DNA of 64,000 nucleotides from Octopus vulgaris (GCA_951406725.2 OX597817.1:147064001-147128000), one strand, 5' to 3'. Numbered from the stretch's first letter, positions 10,851 through 24,742 are shown. Made by a program: numbers and translations. Notes: generated by a model not told the origin, from the sequence alone.

Positions 10851-10891
<41 letters not shown>

Positions 10892-10915
10892 ATTATTATT
10901 ATTATTATTATTATA
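10665..10915. repeat. Compound trinucleotide microsatellite (CAT/CTT/ATT/CCT)
   Basis: Direct reading. Confidence 0.95.
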
Positions 10916-11230
10916 ATGGCTATTATTTATTGTATTGAGCTTTCCGTGTTTGGCGTATGTAAACTTGTCAACAAATGTATTTCATTGCTAACCATCGACT
11001 TCTCGATCGTCTATGTAGCCAGGAATATCTGAAGCAACTCTGGAAATAAAACATTGAGCATAAATGAACCGTAATAATATGCAAATATATTTAAATAAGC
11101 TACAAACGACTAATGTGTCAGCGCTTATTTGACTAATTTGACATTTCCTGTTAGTAATTGAGCAGCTGTAGAATGGGATGTAATCTACCTGATAAAGAGA
11201 CACTACTAGAAAAAGAATGTTTTATAAAAT

Positions 11231-11399
11231 ATGAGTATTACCATTATTTACTTTATTTACATTTGACGGATATTTATCCGCATCTTGTTTGTTGTTAACA
11301 CAACGTTTCGGCTGATATACCCTCCAGCCTTCACAGGTGTCTTGGGGGAAATTTCGAACCTGGGTTCTCATTCCTAAGGTATTTTTCGATGTTATTATT

Positions 11400-11434
<35 letters not shown>

Positions 11435-11638
11435 TATTGTTGTTGTTGTTGTTGTTGTTCAGGTCACTACTTGGGATCGAACTAGGGAATCTTGGGGTTA
11501 GTAGCCCACGCCCTTAACCACTACGCCATATGCCACGGGCATATGGCGTAGTGGTAAAAGGTGACAAATATCTGTCGAATGTAAATAATATAAATAATGT
11601 ACATAATTTTTCTTAAATATAGAATGAGTATTACCATT
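11231..11638 (-). mobile_element. tRNA-headed, hammerhead-containing retroposon with fold-back and 15-bp TSD
   Basis: ATGAGTATTACCATT at 11231-11245 and 11624-11638; box A TGGCGTAGTGG (11518-11528) and box B-like AGTTCGATCCC (11473-11483) on minus; hammerhead-like motif 11298-11340 on minus; 18-bp palindrome 11517-11555. Confidence 0.7.
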
Positions 11639-12204
11639 TTCCAAAAACTGTTCAGGAAGACTTTTGCTAATCAAGGTAACAGCCTATTACACCAACACTA
11701 CAAAATTAAGACTAAATTAAGAATATAATATATCAATTATGTTGTAAATGGCGTTCATTCTTTGCTCTGTCTGTCATGTGGTGCAAAGTAATTTGTTTTG
11801 GTTTTATATCAGAGCCGTTCCTGTAAAGTGAAAAATTGAAAACATTTATAGTCTTTCTCTTCACGGACAGAAAAAAAAAAACTCTCTGGTTTATAATTGT
11901 TGCTCTACAACGACGTCTCATATGACAAATAACTGTAGCTTGTTATTGTTTTTTTTTATTGTTAGTCAGTCTACTTCTACTAAGCTATATCCATTGACTT
12001 TATGTACATATGAGAAATATAGACGCGAAATGGAAGTATTATCAAAATAAATATTAAGCTACTCTGACATTTGTTAACCGTGTGCCTATATCAGAAATGA
12101 ATCTTTTATGTAGAATGTAGCTAAAATATCTTCCGACTAGGTAGGTGTTGTGATATGGAGATCTCCCTAAATGAAATGCCACTAATAATATTTACTAGTT
12201 AAAC

Positions 12205-12575
12205 AAGGCGGCGAGGTGGCAGAAACGTTAGCACACCGGGCGAAATGCTTAGCGGTATTTCGTCTGCAGCTACGTTCTGAGTTCAAATTCCTCCGAGGGC
12301 GACTTTGCCTTTCATCCTTTCGGATGATAAACTAAGTACCAGTTACGCACTGGGATCGATGTAATCGACTTAATCTGTCTGTCTGTCCTTATTTGGCCCT
12401 GCTGTGTTTAGCCCCTTGTGGGTAGTAAAGAAATAGGTATTCCGTCTGTCTTTACGATGTGAGTTCAAATTCCGCCGAGGTCGATAAATTAAGTACCAGT
12501 TGCGTACTGATGTCGATCTAATCGGCTGGCCCCCTCTCCGCAAATTTCTGGCCTTGCGCCTAGAGTAGGAAAGAA
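12205..12575 (+). mobile_element. SINE family B (MetaSINE-like), partially duplicated
   Basis: AAGGCGGCGAG head, GAGTTCAAATTCC box B twice, GCCTTTCATCCTTTCGG core. Confidence 0.85.
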
Positions 12576-12744
12576 TATTTACTGGTTAAACATTTGCCAT
12601 AAAGCATAGTCTACGTTGAAAACCAAGCTGATATTTCTTTTGTATGAATTTACGGAAATTATTGCTAGAAGACACTGTTTAACGCAAGATTTGAATTAAT
12701 TTTTTCATATCACAAAATTTCAATCTGATCATTCAAACTATATA

Positions 12745-12959
12745 TCTTTTACTCTTTTATTTGTTTCAGTCATGTGACTGCGGCCATGCTGGAGCACCGC
12801 CTTTAGTCGAGCAAATCGACCCCAGGACTTATTCTTTGTAAGCCTAGTACTTATTCTATCGGTCTCTTTTGCCGAGCCGCTAAGTTACGGGGACATAAAC
12901 ACACCAGCATCGGTTGTCAAGCGATGTTTGGGGACAATACACACACACACACATACACA

Positions 12960-13009
<50 letters not shown>

Positions 13010-13182
13010 CACATATACGATGGGTTTCTTTTCAGTTTCCGTCTACCAAATCCACCCACAAGGCTTTGGTCGGTCCGGGGCTATAGTAGAAGACACTTGC
13101 CTAAGGTACCACGCAGTGGGACTAAACCTGGAACCATGTGGCTGGTAAGCAAGCTACTTATCACACAGCCACGCCTACGCCC
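12745..13182 (-). mobile_element. SINE family A
   Basis: Reverse complement of the 9658 unit. Confidence 0.9.
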
Positions 13183-13442
13183 ATGTCTACGGAAATATAT
13201 AGTTCTTGCAACTAAAATAAAGTTAGATTTTGTAACGGGAATGAATTTGTTGACTCACTCAAAATTTGTGTGTAACCTTTATTTGTTTAATGAAGAAGTT
13301 CAATAATAGGAAGTAGCTAAATATTAATGACAATATAAATTATAAAACAAAGCAAAAACCTTTATTTAGTGCATCACATGCCCACAACGCAAAGAGGAAT
13401 ACATCGGCTGATATAATTCAAAATTAATACACAGGGTTTAGA

Positions 13443-13519
<77 letters not shown>

Positions 13520-13876
13520 TAACAAAACAACGATTCATCTCTCAGTAATACTGCATGTAGTGAACACGTAGATATTTGTGCAAATGACAAGTTCAAAATG
13601 TTTCTATATTTCAAAATAAAGGGAGAAATTGATCAATAACGAAAGGCAAAAAGAAAGACACTTTATAAGAATTATAAATATCAAACTAAACTATACGTAT
13701 GTATAGTCAACTGCCACTAAAGCAACATCCTTTAAACGGATTATTCCTTAATATTTCTATATAATTAATCCTTTTAAATTTTAAGAAAATCTCTCTTCGC
13801 GGATATATATCATGTGTATATGTATACATTCATACATACTTATTTACATGCGTAAGTATTTATATAATTGTGTATG

Positions 13877-13939
<63 letters not shown>

Positions 13940-14672
13940 CAAGCATACATATAACTGGGTCTTAGGGCTACGAAACACAAACCACACCGGTGACCTTCAT
14001 ATTAATATAATTCGTTCACAGAAGCATCGCATTAATAAAATCACCTGCCAAAAACACGGGCATTTTTTCAGCGCCACGAACTTCATTCAGCAAATGTTGT
14101 CAACCTAATTAATGGCGACGTTCTTTTAAATCAATAACTCCGCCATGATACCACACCACCATAAATGCTGGTCACATGAGTTCTGTTCAATCTTCAGATA
14201 ATTTAGATAATTTTAACAGAGTTCTTATGTTTCTTCCTCCTCTTTCCACGTAAGATCATCTGGACATCTGTATGGCTTGTGTTTTGCAGTCAAGTTGTTT
14301 GTAGCGACATCTGACCAGTGTTAATGGATCCAGCCGAGATAATGTGAGGGAAGCTAAACAGTCGCTTGAAGTATGGCAATGTGAAGGCGAAACTGCGAAT
14401 AGGGTCTCAGTAGGACATAAATTTGAATAAACAAAATTGAATACTGTTCTTCTACAACTGAGAGTATTGAATATATATTTTCATTAAAATGGTATTACTA
14501 CACGCGTCACACACACGCAGAAAAGCAGACGATCCCTCAGTGCATATCTATATACACATACATATATATGTATCATATAATATGTACAACACAGATATAC
14601 GCACAAGCACACATGCACATGTGTTACGCACACACACACACACATATACATAAATATATATATATTTATATG

Positions 14673-14707
<35 letters not shown>

Positions 14708-14718
14708 GTATGTATGTA

Positions 14719-14761
<43 letters not shown>

Positions 14762-14763
<2 letters not shown>

Positions 14764-15168
14764 TCTTTACTCTTTTACTTGTTTCAGTCATTTGACTGCA
14801 GCCATGCTGGAGCACCGCCTTTAATCGAGCAACTCGACCCCGGGACTTATTCTTTTTGTAAGTCCAGTACTTATTCTATCGGTCTCTTTTGCCGAACCGC
14901 TAAGTAACGGGGACATAAACACACCAGCATCGGTTGTCAAGCAATGCTAGGGGGACAAACACAGACACACATACACATATATATATATATATATATACAT
15001 ATATACGACAGGCTTCTTTCAGTTTCCGTCTACCAAATCCACTCACAAGGCATTGGTCGGCCCGAGGCTATAGTAGAAGACACTTGCCCAAGGTGCCACG
15101 CAGTGGGACTGAACCCGGAACCATGTGGTTGGTAAGCAAGCTACTTACCACACAACCACTCCTGTGCC
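14762..15168 (-). mobile_element. SINE family A
   Basis: Reverse complement of the 9658 unit. Confidence 0.9.
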
Positions 15169-15394
15169 TATATATATATGTATATATACATACATACATA
15201 CATACATATATCTTCCACCCAAAATGGAGACGTTTATCAACGTTGCTATATGGCAGGCTTGAAAATTAAGAGACTACTTTTGCATGAAACCATCGGTAGC
15301 CTTGTTAACCTGCAAATAAAGAATATTTATCTATCAATGCACTAGTGAGCACTCATTCTCACTGTTCAGTATTAGTGTATGTATGTATGTATAC

Positions 15395-15897
15395 GTGCAG
15401 ATTTTTAGGTTCTATTTTATGTATATTTTGTCATGCATATACTTGCATTTCTAGACATGATGATATATACTTTAATAATAAACCTCTGGAAAGTTTTAGA
15501 GAATTTTACAGTTCCAGTGATGGATTGGATCTGTAGTCTTCGAATCATCTTTCTCCTTTCTGATTTTGAGAAGCATAATTTCTCAAGAATGGTATTTAGC
15601 TGTGTGCTGCATACCCCTATCGTCCCAATAATTACAGGTATAAACCTGAACTTGTAATCTGGATAGAGTAACTGCAGATTTCTCAATAGTTCAGCGTATG
15701 TATTCTCTTTTTCACTGATCTCTCTTCTCTCTTTTCTCTCTTTTCACTGAGCTTTATGTTAACATCCGCTGGGAAGTTAATTTTCACAACAGTATGCACA
15801 GTTTCTCTTCTCCGTCCCAAATCATTATATCAGATCCGTTGTGCTTACATTTTATTGAAGTTTTCATTGAAACATTCTACCAGTACTCCTTTTTATT
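15395..15897 (-). mobile_element. 3' fragment of R4/Dong-like non-LTR element (REL endonuclease region)
   Basis: Minus strand gives KCKHN..D.MIWD....CILL and ENTYAELLRNLQLLYPDYKFRFIPVIIG; (TATG)n on both sides. Confidence 0.75.
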
Positions 15898-16342
15898 ATG
15901 TATGTATGTATGTATGTATGTATGTATGTATGTATGTATGTATGTATGTATGTATGTATGTATATACACATACACACACACACTCACAGACACAGACACA
16001 CACACACAGACACACACACATATGGGCAAAAGGATCATTCAACTTTTTTTTGCATCAATTTTCTTCTAACTTTTCTTTTCGTATTTTCTCATCTACTAGC
16101 GTCCTCATTTTCAAAGAGGACTAACTGCGTGCACTGAAATGAAAAGATTCCTTAGAGATACCAGGCATAATATATAAACTTGTCAAATTATCGTGTTTCC
16201 TTGGCATGAAATGATTAGTAACTGAGAACATTAAATAATCTCTCTATATATATTGTTTAATGTTCTCATCTACTAATAATTTATGTAATTATATATAATG
16301 TAATATAATATAATATAATATAATATAATATAATATAATATA

Positions 16343-16380
<38 letters not shown>

Positions 16381-16796
16381 GGAGTAAACACATAAATGTG
16401 AAACAAGGTGGAAAAAAGATATTTAGATTCATATTCATACGTCTGTATATGTATGTATGGCGTTTACGCGCATCCTTTTGTGTATGTTGATATATATATG
16501 TAGATTTTAATATAAATATGTATTGCAGTATTTATAACAGGTTTAATTTCTATGCATTAATTTGTACTGTCTTCATTAACGGCAATAGGTTTTTTCCTCG
16601 GTTTTTTCCTCGGATTTTATAATTTTTATAAGTTTTTTTATATATATATACATATATTTTTGACCTTTTTGTTTATCGCTCGAAGATTGACCGTTTTTTT
16701 CTAAAGGGCCAATCAAACAAGTCCATTTCTTTTTAAAGGTGTAGCGTTTGTAAGAGTATAGATTGAATTAATATATAAGTTCCATTCTAGCAAAAA

Positions 16797-16834
16797 CTGT
16801 CTGATGAACGGCAACGAGAAACTCAGAGTAACAG
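16797..16834 (+). ncRNA. Minimal type I hammerhead ribozyme motif
   Basis: CTGT-CTGATGA-ACG GCAA CGA-GAAA-CTCAGAG-TA-ACAG; stem I CTGT/ACAG, 2-bp stem II with GNRA loop, stem III ACTC/GAGT, cleavage triplet GUA. Confidence 0.7.
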
Positions 16835-16866
16835 ATTTTGTTGAATTTTCTGCTGCTTAAAATAAA

Positions 16867-16979
<113 letters not shown>

Positions 16980-17072
16980 CATATATATATATATATATAT
17001 ATCAGAATGGCGGTGCCCCAGCACGGCCACAGCTCGTGAGCAGAAACTAGAATCATTGAATCATTCGAATCA

Positions 17073-17112
<40 letters not shown>

Positions 17113-17170
17113 ATATATAATATTTTGCCGTCAGGTTGTAGAATTGCCAATTAGTCGACCATATTGTATA

Positions 17171-17221
<51 letters not shown>

Positions 17222-17525
17222 GCGACTAATTAGCAATTTTACAACCTAACGGCAAAAATATATACGTCATTAAAGTGAAGAAGAGCACTAGATATCACCT
17301 GTATTGCTTGAAATAAGAGTCAAAACGGCTCAATAACCAACAAAAGTACTTAATGATCTGACGAGAGGGACAAAGCTCCTTATGGTCTCAGACACATGCT
17401 GATATTCGATGATTTCCCATTCTGATGTTTAATGCCTCTTAACGCTTTCTGAAATCGTCGTACGATCTCAACGGAAATTTTATAACCTGACATGGTGAGA
17501 TGTGTTTAACCGTAGGTGCAGTGAG

Positions 17526-17587
17526 AGCCACTGATGAGCGTTTAGATGCTTTAAGCTTCAGAACGCGAAATCATCGATGATCTGGCT
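17526..17587 (+). ncRNA. Type I hammerhead ribozyme motif
   Basis: AGCCA-CTGATGA-GCGTT...AACGC-GAAA-TCATCGATGA-TC-TGGCT; all three stems perfectly paired; stem III is the palindrome ATCATCGATGAT; cleavage triplet AUC. Confidence 0.9.
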
Positions 17588-17681
17588 GTATCAGTAACGA
17601 TAGCTTTTGCTGGCTATTAAGTTGTTTTGAATCTTATTCCTTGCAATACTGGGTCTGATTAGTGCGCCTCTTCCCTTTAGT

Positions 17682-17724
<43 letters not shown>

Positions 17725-17991
17725 ATAAAGATAAAGAGCGGGTGCAAGAGCAGTTAAAGCCGAACTCCACCGTGTTGAATGACCGTTGTTTTTAAAATAA
17801 AAATAAAATAAAAACAAACGGAATTTTCTCCTTGGTAGGAACATGACGTAAGGCGAACGAAATAGATGAAGTCTATTTTATTAATTATTGTGGTCAATAC
17901 AAAACTAGTTTCCCGATTAATGTACAAACTAGATAAATCAATTTTTTAAAAGCGAATTAGCTTAATTTAGAAGCAGACACGCACGCACACG

Positions 17992-18047
<56 letters not shown>

Positions 18048-18262
18048 TTATGTGGCAATGCTTCAACAAGTTGAAAACCACTCAAGTAAAGGTAATATGT
18101 ATGTTAGTAATAGTAGTAATAATAGTAGTAATGTGTGTGTGTGTGCGTAAATACGCGTATGTGTGTATTATGCCGATATATATATATATGTGCATACATA
18201 TATATACTTACATATACATTTATAATATGTGTATGTGTTTGTGAGCGTGTGTGTGCGTGCGT

Positions 18263-18630
18263 GAAGGCGCGTGGCTTGTTGGTTAATGTGTTTGGCCGAT
18301 AGTTGTAAGATTGTGAGTTCAATTTCCGGCGGTGCCTTGTGTATTAAACAAGAAGCAGTTTACCTAGCTGGCAAAAATGAGTTGAACGCAACATTGGTTC
18401 AGGGATTATCTTTCAATGGTGCATGAGGACAGAAATATTCCAGAAGATGAAATTGATCAATGGGCCACACTTGTCACATTCTGCGTCACACTGAATCACC
18501 CTGAGAACTACGTTAATGGTACGCGTGTGTGTGGAGGGTTCTGCCACTCACACGTTAATTTCACGAGTAGGTTGTTCCGTTGCTCGGATCAGCTAGAAGA
18601 CTCATCGTCGTGAACGACGGCGTGCCCACT
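18263..18630 (+). mobile_element. SINE family C, degenerate
   Basis: GAAGGCGCGTGGCT..GGTTA head with GAGTTCAAT; 3' part CTGAATC.CCCTGAGAACTACGTTAA.GGTAC matches the reverse complement of 42655-42770. Confidence 0.65.
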
Positions 18631-19015
18631 GAGGAAGCTAGTATAAATAAATTAAATTAATTATTTACTTAGACAAACGAAAACAGCACCTGATGTTATG
18701 AAAATGGAATATTGGTCACCTCGCACGCGTAAGGAACACTATCCACCTCTTTCTAGGACGGATTTTCTGACAAGAACTTGAGGTCCATCACACCCACAGT
18801 GACCCTACGGCGTGCTATTTCATCTTCTAAAATATTTCTGTCCTCATGACTGTTGACAGATAATCATTGAATCTATATTGTGTTCAATACATTGATAGAT
18901 AAATAAAGAGATAGATAGATACATACATAGGCATGCATACATATATACTTACATAGAGACAGACATATATACAGACATGCATGCATACATACATGCGTAA
19001 ATATACGCATATATA

Positions 19016-20269
19016 TTGGGTTGTTCGGAAAGTTCGTGCCGATTTTTAAAGGAAAGAAAAAGGTCAATAAATACTTGCCATTATATTTTTAATGAACCAA
19101 ATATGAATAAGTTTGTTGCACAATGCGTCTCCATCTTTCCCTTAACTTGAAAATACCCTCTTCCTAGAATTGAGGTGGTTTCATGGCAAAGAATTCATCG
19201 AGGTATCTTTTTACGTCATCCAAGGAATTGAAATTTTTATCATTAAGACTATTCTGCAGAGTCCTGAATAAGTGGAAATCCGAAGGTGCAATATCTGGTG
19301 AATATGGAGGGTGGAGTAACACATCTCAGCCGAGCTGCAGCAATTTTTGTTTGGTTCCCAAAGAAACGTGCGGTCTTGCATTATCATGTTGGAAAACAAC
19401 AGCCTTCCTGTTGGCCAATTCTGGACGTTTCTCTTGAATTGCTGCTTTTAACTCGTCCAGTTGTGTGCAGTATTTCTCAGAATTAATTGTTTGGTTACTT
19501 GGGAGAAGCTCATAGTACAGAATTCCTTTCCAATCTCACCAAACACAAATTCAGACTTTTTTAGGGTGAAGACCCGCTTTTGGGGTGGCTAAGGGTGGCT
19601 CATGTTGCTTAGTCCAGGATCGCTTTCTCTGAAATTTCGGTAGATAATCCATTTCTCATCACCTGTCAGAATTTGCTTTAAAAAAGGTGCGTTTTCATTC
19701 CGTTTATAAAGCGAATCACAGATGGAAATGCCGTCCAAAAGGTTCTTCTCACTCAACTCATGTGGTACCCAAACATCGTAGTGATTTGTGCACCCAAGCT
19801 TGACCAGGTGCTCATGAACGACAGATTTTGATAGGCTGAGGCTTTCTGCCAATTCTCGGGTTGTGCAATGTGGGCTATTCTCAATTAATGACTTGATTTG
19901 GTCATTATCTGTAGTGGATGGTCTGCCTGATCGCTCTTTATCAATAAGGCTACAATCTCCAGCTCGGAACCCTGCGAACCACTTCCGTACAGTTCTTTCG
20001 GATAAAAAAACATCACTGTAAACTGCGTATATTTCGTTGATTGCTTTTGAGGCATCAATGCCGAAAATTAATTTCCTTATCTTTCATTTTAAAGGGTTAG
20101 AGAATTAACACAGGTTATAGAAAAATAAACCTTCTTCCACGAAAAGATAGCTTAAACTGTGCTCTAAATGGGGGTGTAGTTAAATCCTATTTAATGGACT
20201 CAACCATGTTCTAGAATAAGTCGAAAGGTAAGCTACTATAAATCGGTATGAACTTTCCGGACAACCCTA
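19016..20269 (-). mobile_element. Full-length decayed mariner DNA transposon
   Basis: TIRs TTGGGTTGTTCGGAAAGTTCGTGCCGATTT / AAATCGGTATGAACTTTCCGGACAACCCTA with TA flanks; about 1.25 kb; transposase motifs WVPHEL, TGDEKW, HDNARPH, PPYSPDIAPSDFHLF in broken frames. Confidence 0.93.
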
Positions 20270-20988
20270 TATATATGAATGTGTGTACATAGTGTATACA
20301 TACAAACATGCATGAATACAAACATACATATTTAATACATACATTTATGCATTCATACACACATACATACATGCATACATATATGCATGTAGGTATGTGT
20401 ATGCAGGTATACATATATACAGGCATACATAATGTATACATACGTGCATAAATAGATACATAAGCACATGTATATATATATATGCATGCATACCAACCAA
20501 CTCAGGAAGATCTTAGTATACACACGTACGTAGAAGCATGCATAGATACATACAAACATACAGATATGCCTACAAGCATACATACGTACATACATACGTA
20601 CATACATATATACATACATCCATACGTACATAAATGGTGCAGGGATGTGCATGCAACTATACATATGTATGTATATATCAAAGCTAAGTCGAGTTAACAT
20701 TTGGAATAACCGTCCAAGGGATAATAATATCCATCCTTACTACCGGTATCAATTACCTATGTAAACCCTAGGCATGGGTATGCTCATAGGATACAGGTAT
20801 TAACAGAATAAACAAGAGTTTGTCAGTAATAAAATTTAAAATAAACCGAAAATGGAGAAAACTTTTGATCAACAAGCAAAACAAATTGACCAACATCGGT
20901 TAATTATTTTTTAATACAAAGCTTAACATTGCTTACAGCCGTTTCGGCTACCAATGTGGTTCCGAAAATAATATTCGTCATCTTTATA

Positions 20989-21045
20989 ACACATTAGATC
21001 TAGTACATGGAGCTTCATCAGCTCCATGTACTAGATCGAATGTGT
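20989..21045. repeat. Perfect 18-bp-arm palindrome overlapping a hammerhead core
   Basis: GATCTAGTACATGGAGCT-TCATC-AGCTCCATGTACTAGATC (20997-21037), extendable with ACACATT/AATGTGT. Confidence 0.9.
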
Positions 21046-21783
21046 GTGTATATATATATACACACACAAATACATGTAAACATACATATAGGCGTAGAAA
21101 TATACATACATATAGACGTACATAGATGCTTAAAATATGCATGCAGACTCATATACACACACACATATATAATTACTTACAAATATACATACTTACGTTT
21201 ATACAAACATACACATACGTACATGTTGGGTATTAAAGAGGAGTAGATACGTCTTTCTCAGTGTATGTGCGTGTGTGTGTGTGTATATGTGTATGTGTCT
21301 GTTTTAGTGAGTATATGTCTCGCATGTTCGTGTGTATGTGAATCTAGATGCATATTTATAGTGTATACATGTATGCGTGTGTGTTTGTGCTACAGTTTTT
21401 TAAAATATAATTTTGATGCAATGGCGGGCGTTTCAGAATATGATTAGCTGAATACAGTTAAATATTCAACGTATTTTTCACGATTTATGGACTTTGCGAT
21501 TATGTGTTCGTGTATGTGTGAGTGTTTTTGCGTGCGTGTGAATGCGCTTGTGTGTCTGCATCTGTGTATATGCGTTTGTGTGTGCGTATGTGTGCGTATG
21601 TGTGCGTATGTGTGCGTATGTGTGTGTGTATGTGTGCGCATGTGCGCCTCTGTTTAAAGATATGAACATACTTTCGTTATGTGGATGCATATTCGTGTAA
21701 CAATATAAACAGTTTTATACACTCAAGAATATATAGACTTCTGATGTTTGTGATCTGTGTGTATGTATATGTGCTTGTGTGAG

Positions 21784-22190
<407 letters not shown>

Positions 22191-22548
22191 TGTCATCTTT
22201 CTCTTTATCTACATTTATATATTTACACACATAAACATGCAACCCATGTGTATGTGTGTGTTAATGCTTGCAATATATATATATATATATATATATATTC
22301 GCCAATGCATATGCTCATACTGACAATTCAACTGCGTAAATATGTATTTATTAAATACACACTTACATATACAAGCACACATTTCTATATATACATAGTT
22401 GTGTACACGCATATACAGAATATGCACACATTAATAAATATAGTCTGCGTGGACAACAAACTTCAGATGTTTATTTATGCATTATGCGGCTATGGCGGCT
22501 ATGGCGGCTATGGCTGTGTATGCGCAATAGTCTGTGCATATTGTGTTG

Positions 22549-22593
<45 letters not shown>

Positions 22594-22734
22594 TATGTGT
22601 GTGCGTGTTGCCTTACGAAAATGTTGTTAATTAGAGTGAACATACAATTAACTAAGATCTAGACAACAAAATAGAACGACTGACAAACGTAATTAAAACG
22701 AGATCGGATTGGAATCTCGTGGTAAACAATTTAC

Positions 22735-24335
22735 TGGTTGTGGTGGTGGTGTTGGTGGTGGTGGTGTGGTGGTGGTGGGCGTGATGGTGATGTTGGTGTT
22801 GAGTGTTAAGGTATATAGGTAATGCCGATACTGTTGATGATGTTGATGGTGGCGATGGTGGTGGTGGTGGTGGTAGTGTTGTTGTTGGTAGTGGTGTTGG
22901 TGGTGGTAATGTTGTTGTTGGTGTTGGTGGTGGTAGTGGTGTTGTCGTTGGTGGTGGTGGTGGTAGTGTTGTTGGTAGTGGTGTTGGTGGTGGTAATGGT
23001 GTTGTTGTTGGTAGTGGTGTTGGTGGTGGTGGTAGTGGTGTTGGTGGTGGTAGTGGTGTTGGTGGTGGTAGTGGTGTTGGTGGTGGTAGTGGTGTTGGTG
23101 GTGGTAGTAGTGTTAGTGGTAGGTAGTGTTGGTGGTGGATGTGGTGGTAGTGGCAGTGGTGGTGGTTGTAGTGATGGTGGTAGTGATGGTAGTAGTGGTA
23201 GTGGTGGTGGTGGTAGTGGTAGTGTGATAGTAGTAGTGGTGGTGGTAGTGGTAGTAATAGTAGTTGTGGTGGTGGTAGTGGTAGTGATGTTGGTAGTGTT
23301 GTGTTGGTGGTAGTGATGGTGGTGATAGTGGTGATAGCAGTAGTGGTAGTGGTGGTGGTGGTAGTGGTGAGCGTGATAGTACCGTTGGTGTTAAATGCTA
23401 AGGTATATAGGTAATGCCAATGCTGTTGATGATGGTGGTGGTGGTGGTGGTGTTGGTGTTGTTGTTGTTAGTGGTGGTGGAGCTGATAGTGTTGTTGCCG
23501 AATATGGTGACGGTGGTGTAGAGGGAGCTAGGAGAGATGATAGTGGTGGTGTTGGGGTGAAGTTCATATCGGGAGTGCTGAAAACAGTTGTGGTGATAGT
23601 GCGTGTGGTAGTAGTATAAGTGGTATTGGTCATGGTGGGTATGATGGTGAAAAGCGTAGTAATAGTAGCGGCGGTGGAAATAGTGGGGTGGGTGTTGTAG
23701 TTTGTAGGGGGAAAACTGTGCAGATAGCAGCACTGTCCATATTAATGGTGAAGCCGGTGGTGGTGTAGGTGTTGGTGGTCATGTTGGTGATGGTAGTTGT
23801 GGTGGTGGCTGTAGTGGCAGAGCTGTTAGGGGTGTAGTTGTATGAGGGATAGGTAACTTGTGACGTTCATGGTGGATGTGGTGGTAGTTGTGGTGGTTGT
23901 GGTGGTGTAGTGGATATAGTAATGGTGGTGGCAGTGGGGGTATAGCGGTGATGGTGGTAGTAGTAGTGGTGGTGGTAGTAGTGGTAGTTGTGGTGGCGGT
24001 AGTGGTCGTAGAGGTGGTTGTGATGGTGGTAGTTATGGTGGTAGTTATGGTGGTAGTGGTAGAGGTAGTAGTGGTGTAGTAGTGGTAGTAGTGGCTGTAG
24101 CACTGGTGTAGTGGTGGTGGTGGTAGGGATGGTGGTAGTTGTGATGGTAGTGGTGGTGTAGTAGATATAATAGTGGTGGTGTAGTGGTGGTGGTAGTAGT
24201 AGTGAAAGTGGTGATAGTGATGGTGGCAGTGGTAGTTGTGGTAGTTAGTGGTGTAGTGGAGGTAGTAGTGGTGGTGGCAGTGGTGGTAGTAGTGGTGGTG
24301 GTTAGTGGAGTGGTGGTGGCAGTGGTGGTGGTGGT
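22735..24335. repeat. Degenerate (GGT/GTA/GTT)n low-complexity array
   Basis: Direct reading; contains a diverged direct repeat at about 22790-22845 and 23382-23435. Confidence 0.9.
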
Positions 24336-24477
24336 GGTCGTTATGTTGTCTGATATTTTTGTTGGTGATGATAAAGATGAATGATATTACTGATGATGCT
24401 GATAATGTCGATGACGTCAGCGATGCTGCTGCTGCTGCAGTGCTACTGGCGATGACGGCGATGACGACGGTGAATTC

Positions 24478-24512
<35 letters not shown>

Positions 24513-24742
24513 CGATGATGGTAATTATTAGTACAACTGGTGATTATTGTAGATGTTTAAAGATATATTGCTTGCGGTTTTGGTGTTGTACACCCCCTCC
24601 CACATACATACAAACAGATTTGTATGCATGTATGTATGTATGTATATATGTGTGTGTGTGTGTGCATGTATGTGTATATAAATATATGTATATATACATA
24701 CATTATATATATACATACATATATATATGTATATATACATAC

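Noticed and set aside
14355-14420. Possible hammerhead (GAAACTG...CAGTAGGAC)
   Set aside because: CUGANGA core and stem II not recoverable; too degenerate to call.
22803-23313. Gly/Val-rich ORFs resembling structural proteins
   Set aside because: All frames are open because of (GGT)n; no signal peptide or frame preference.
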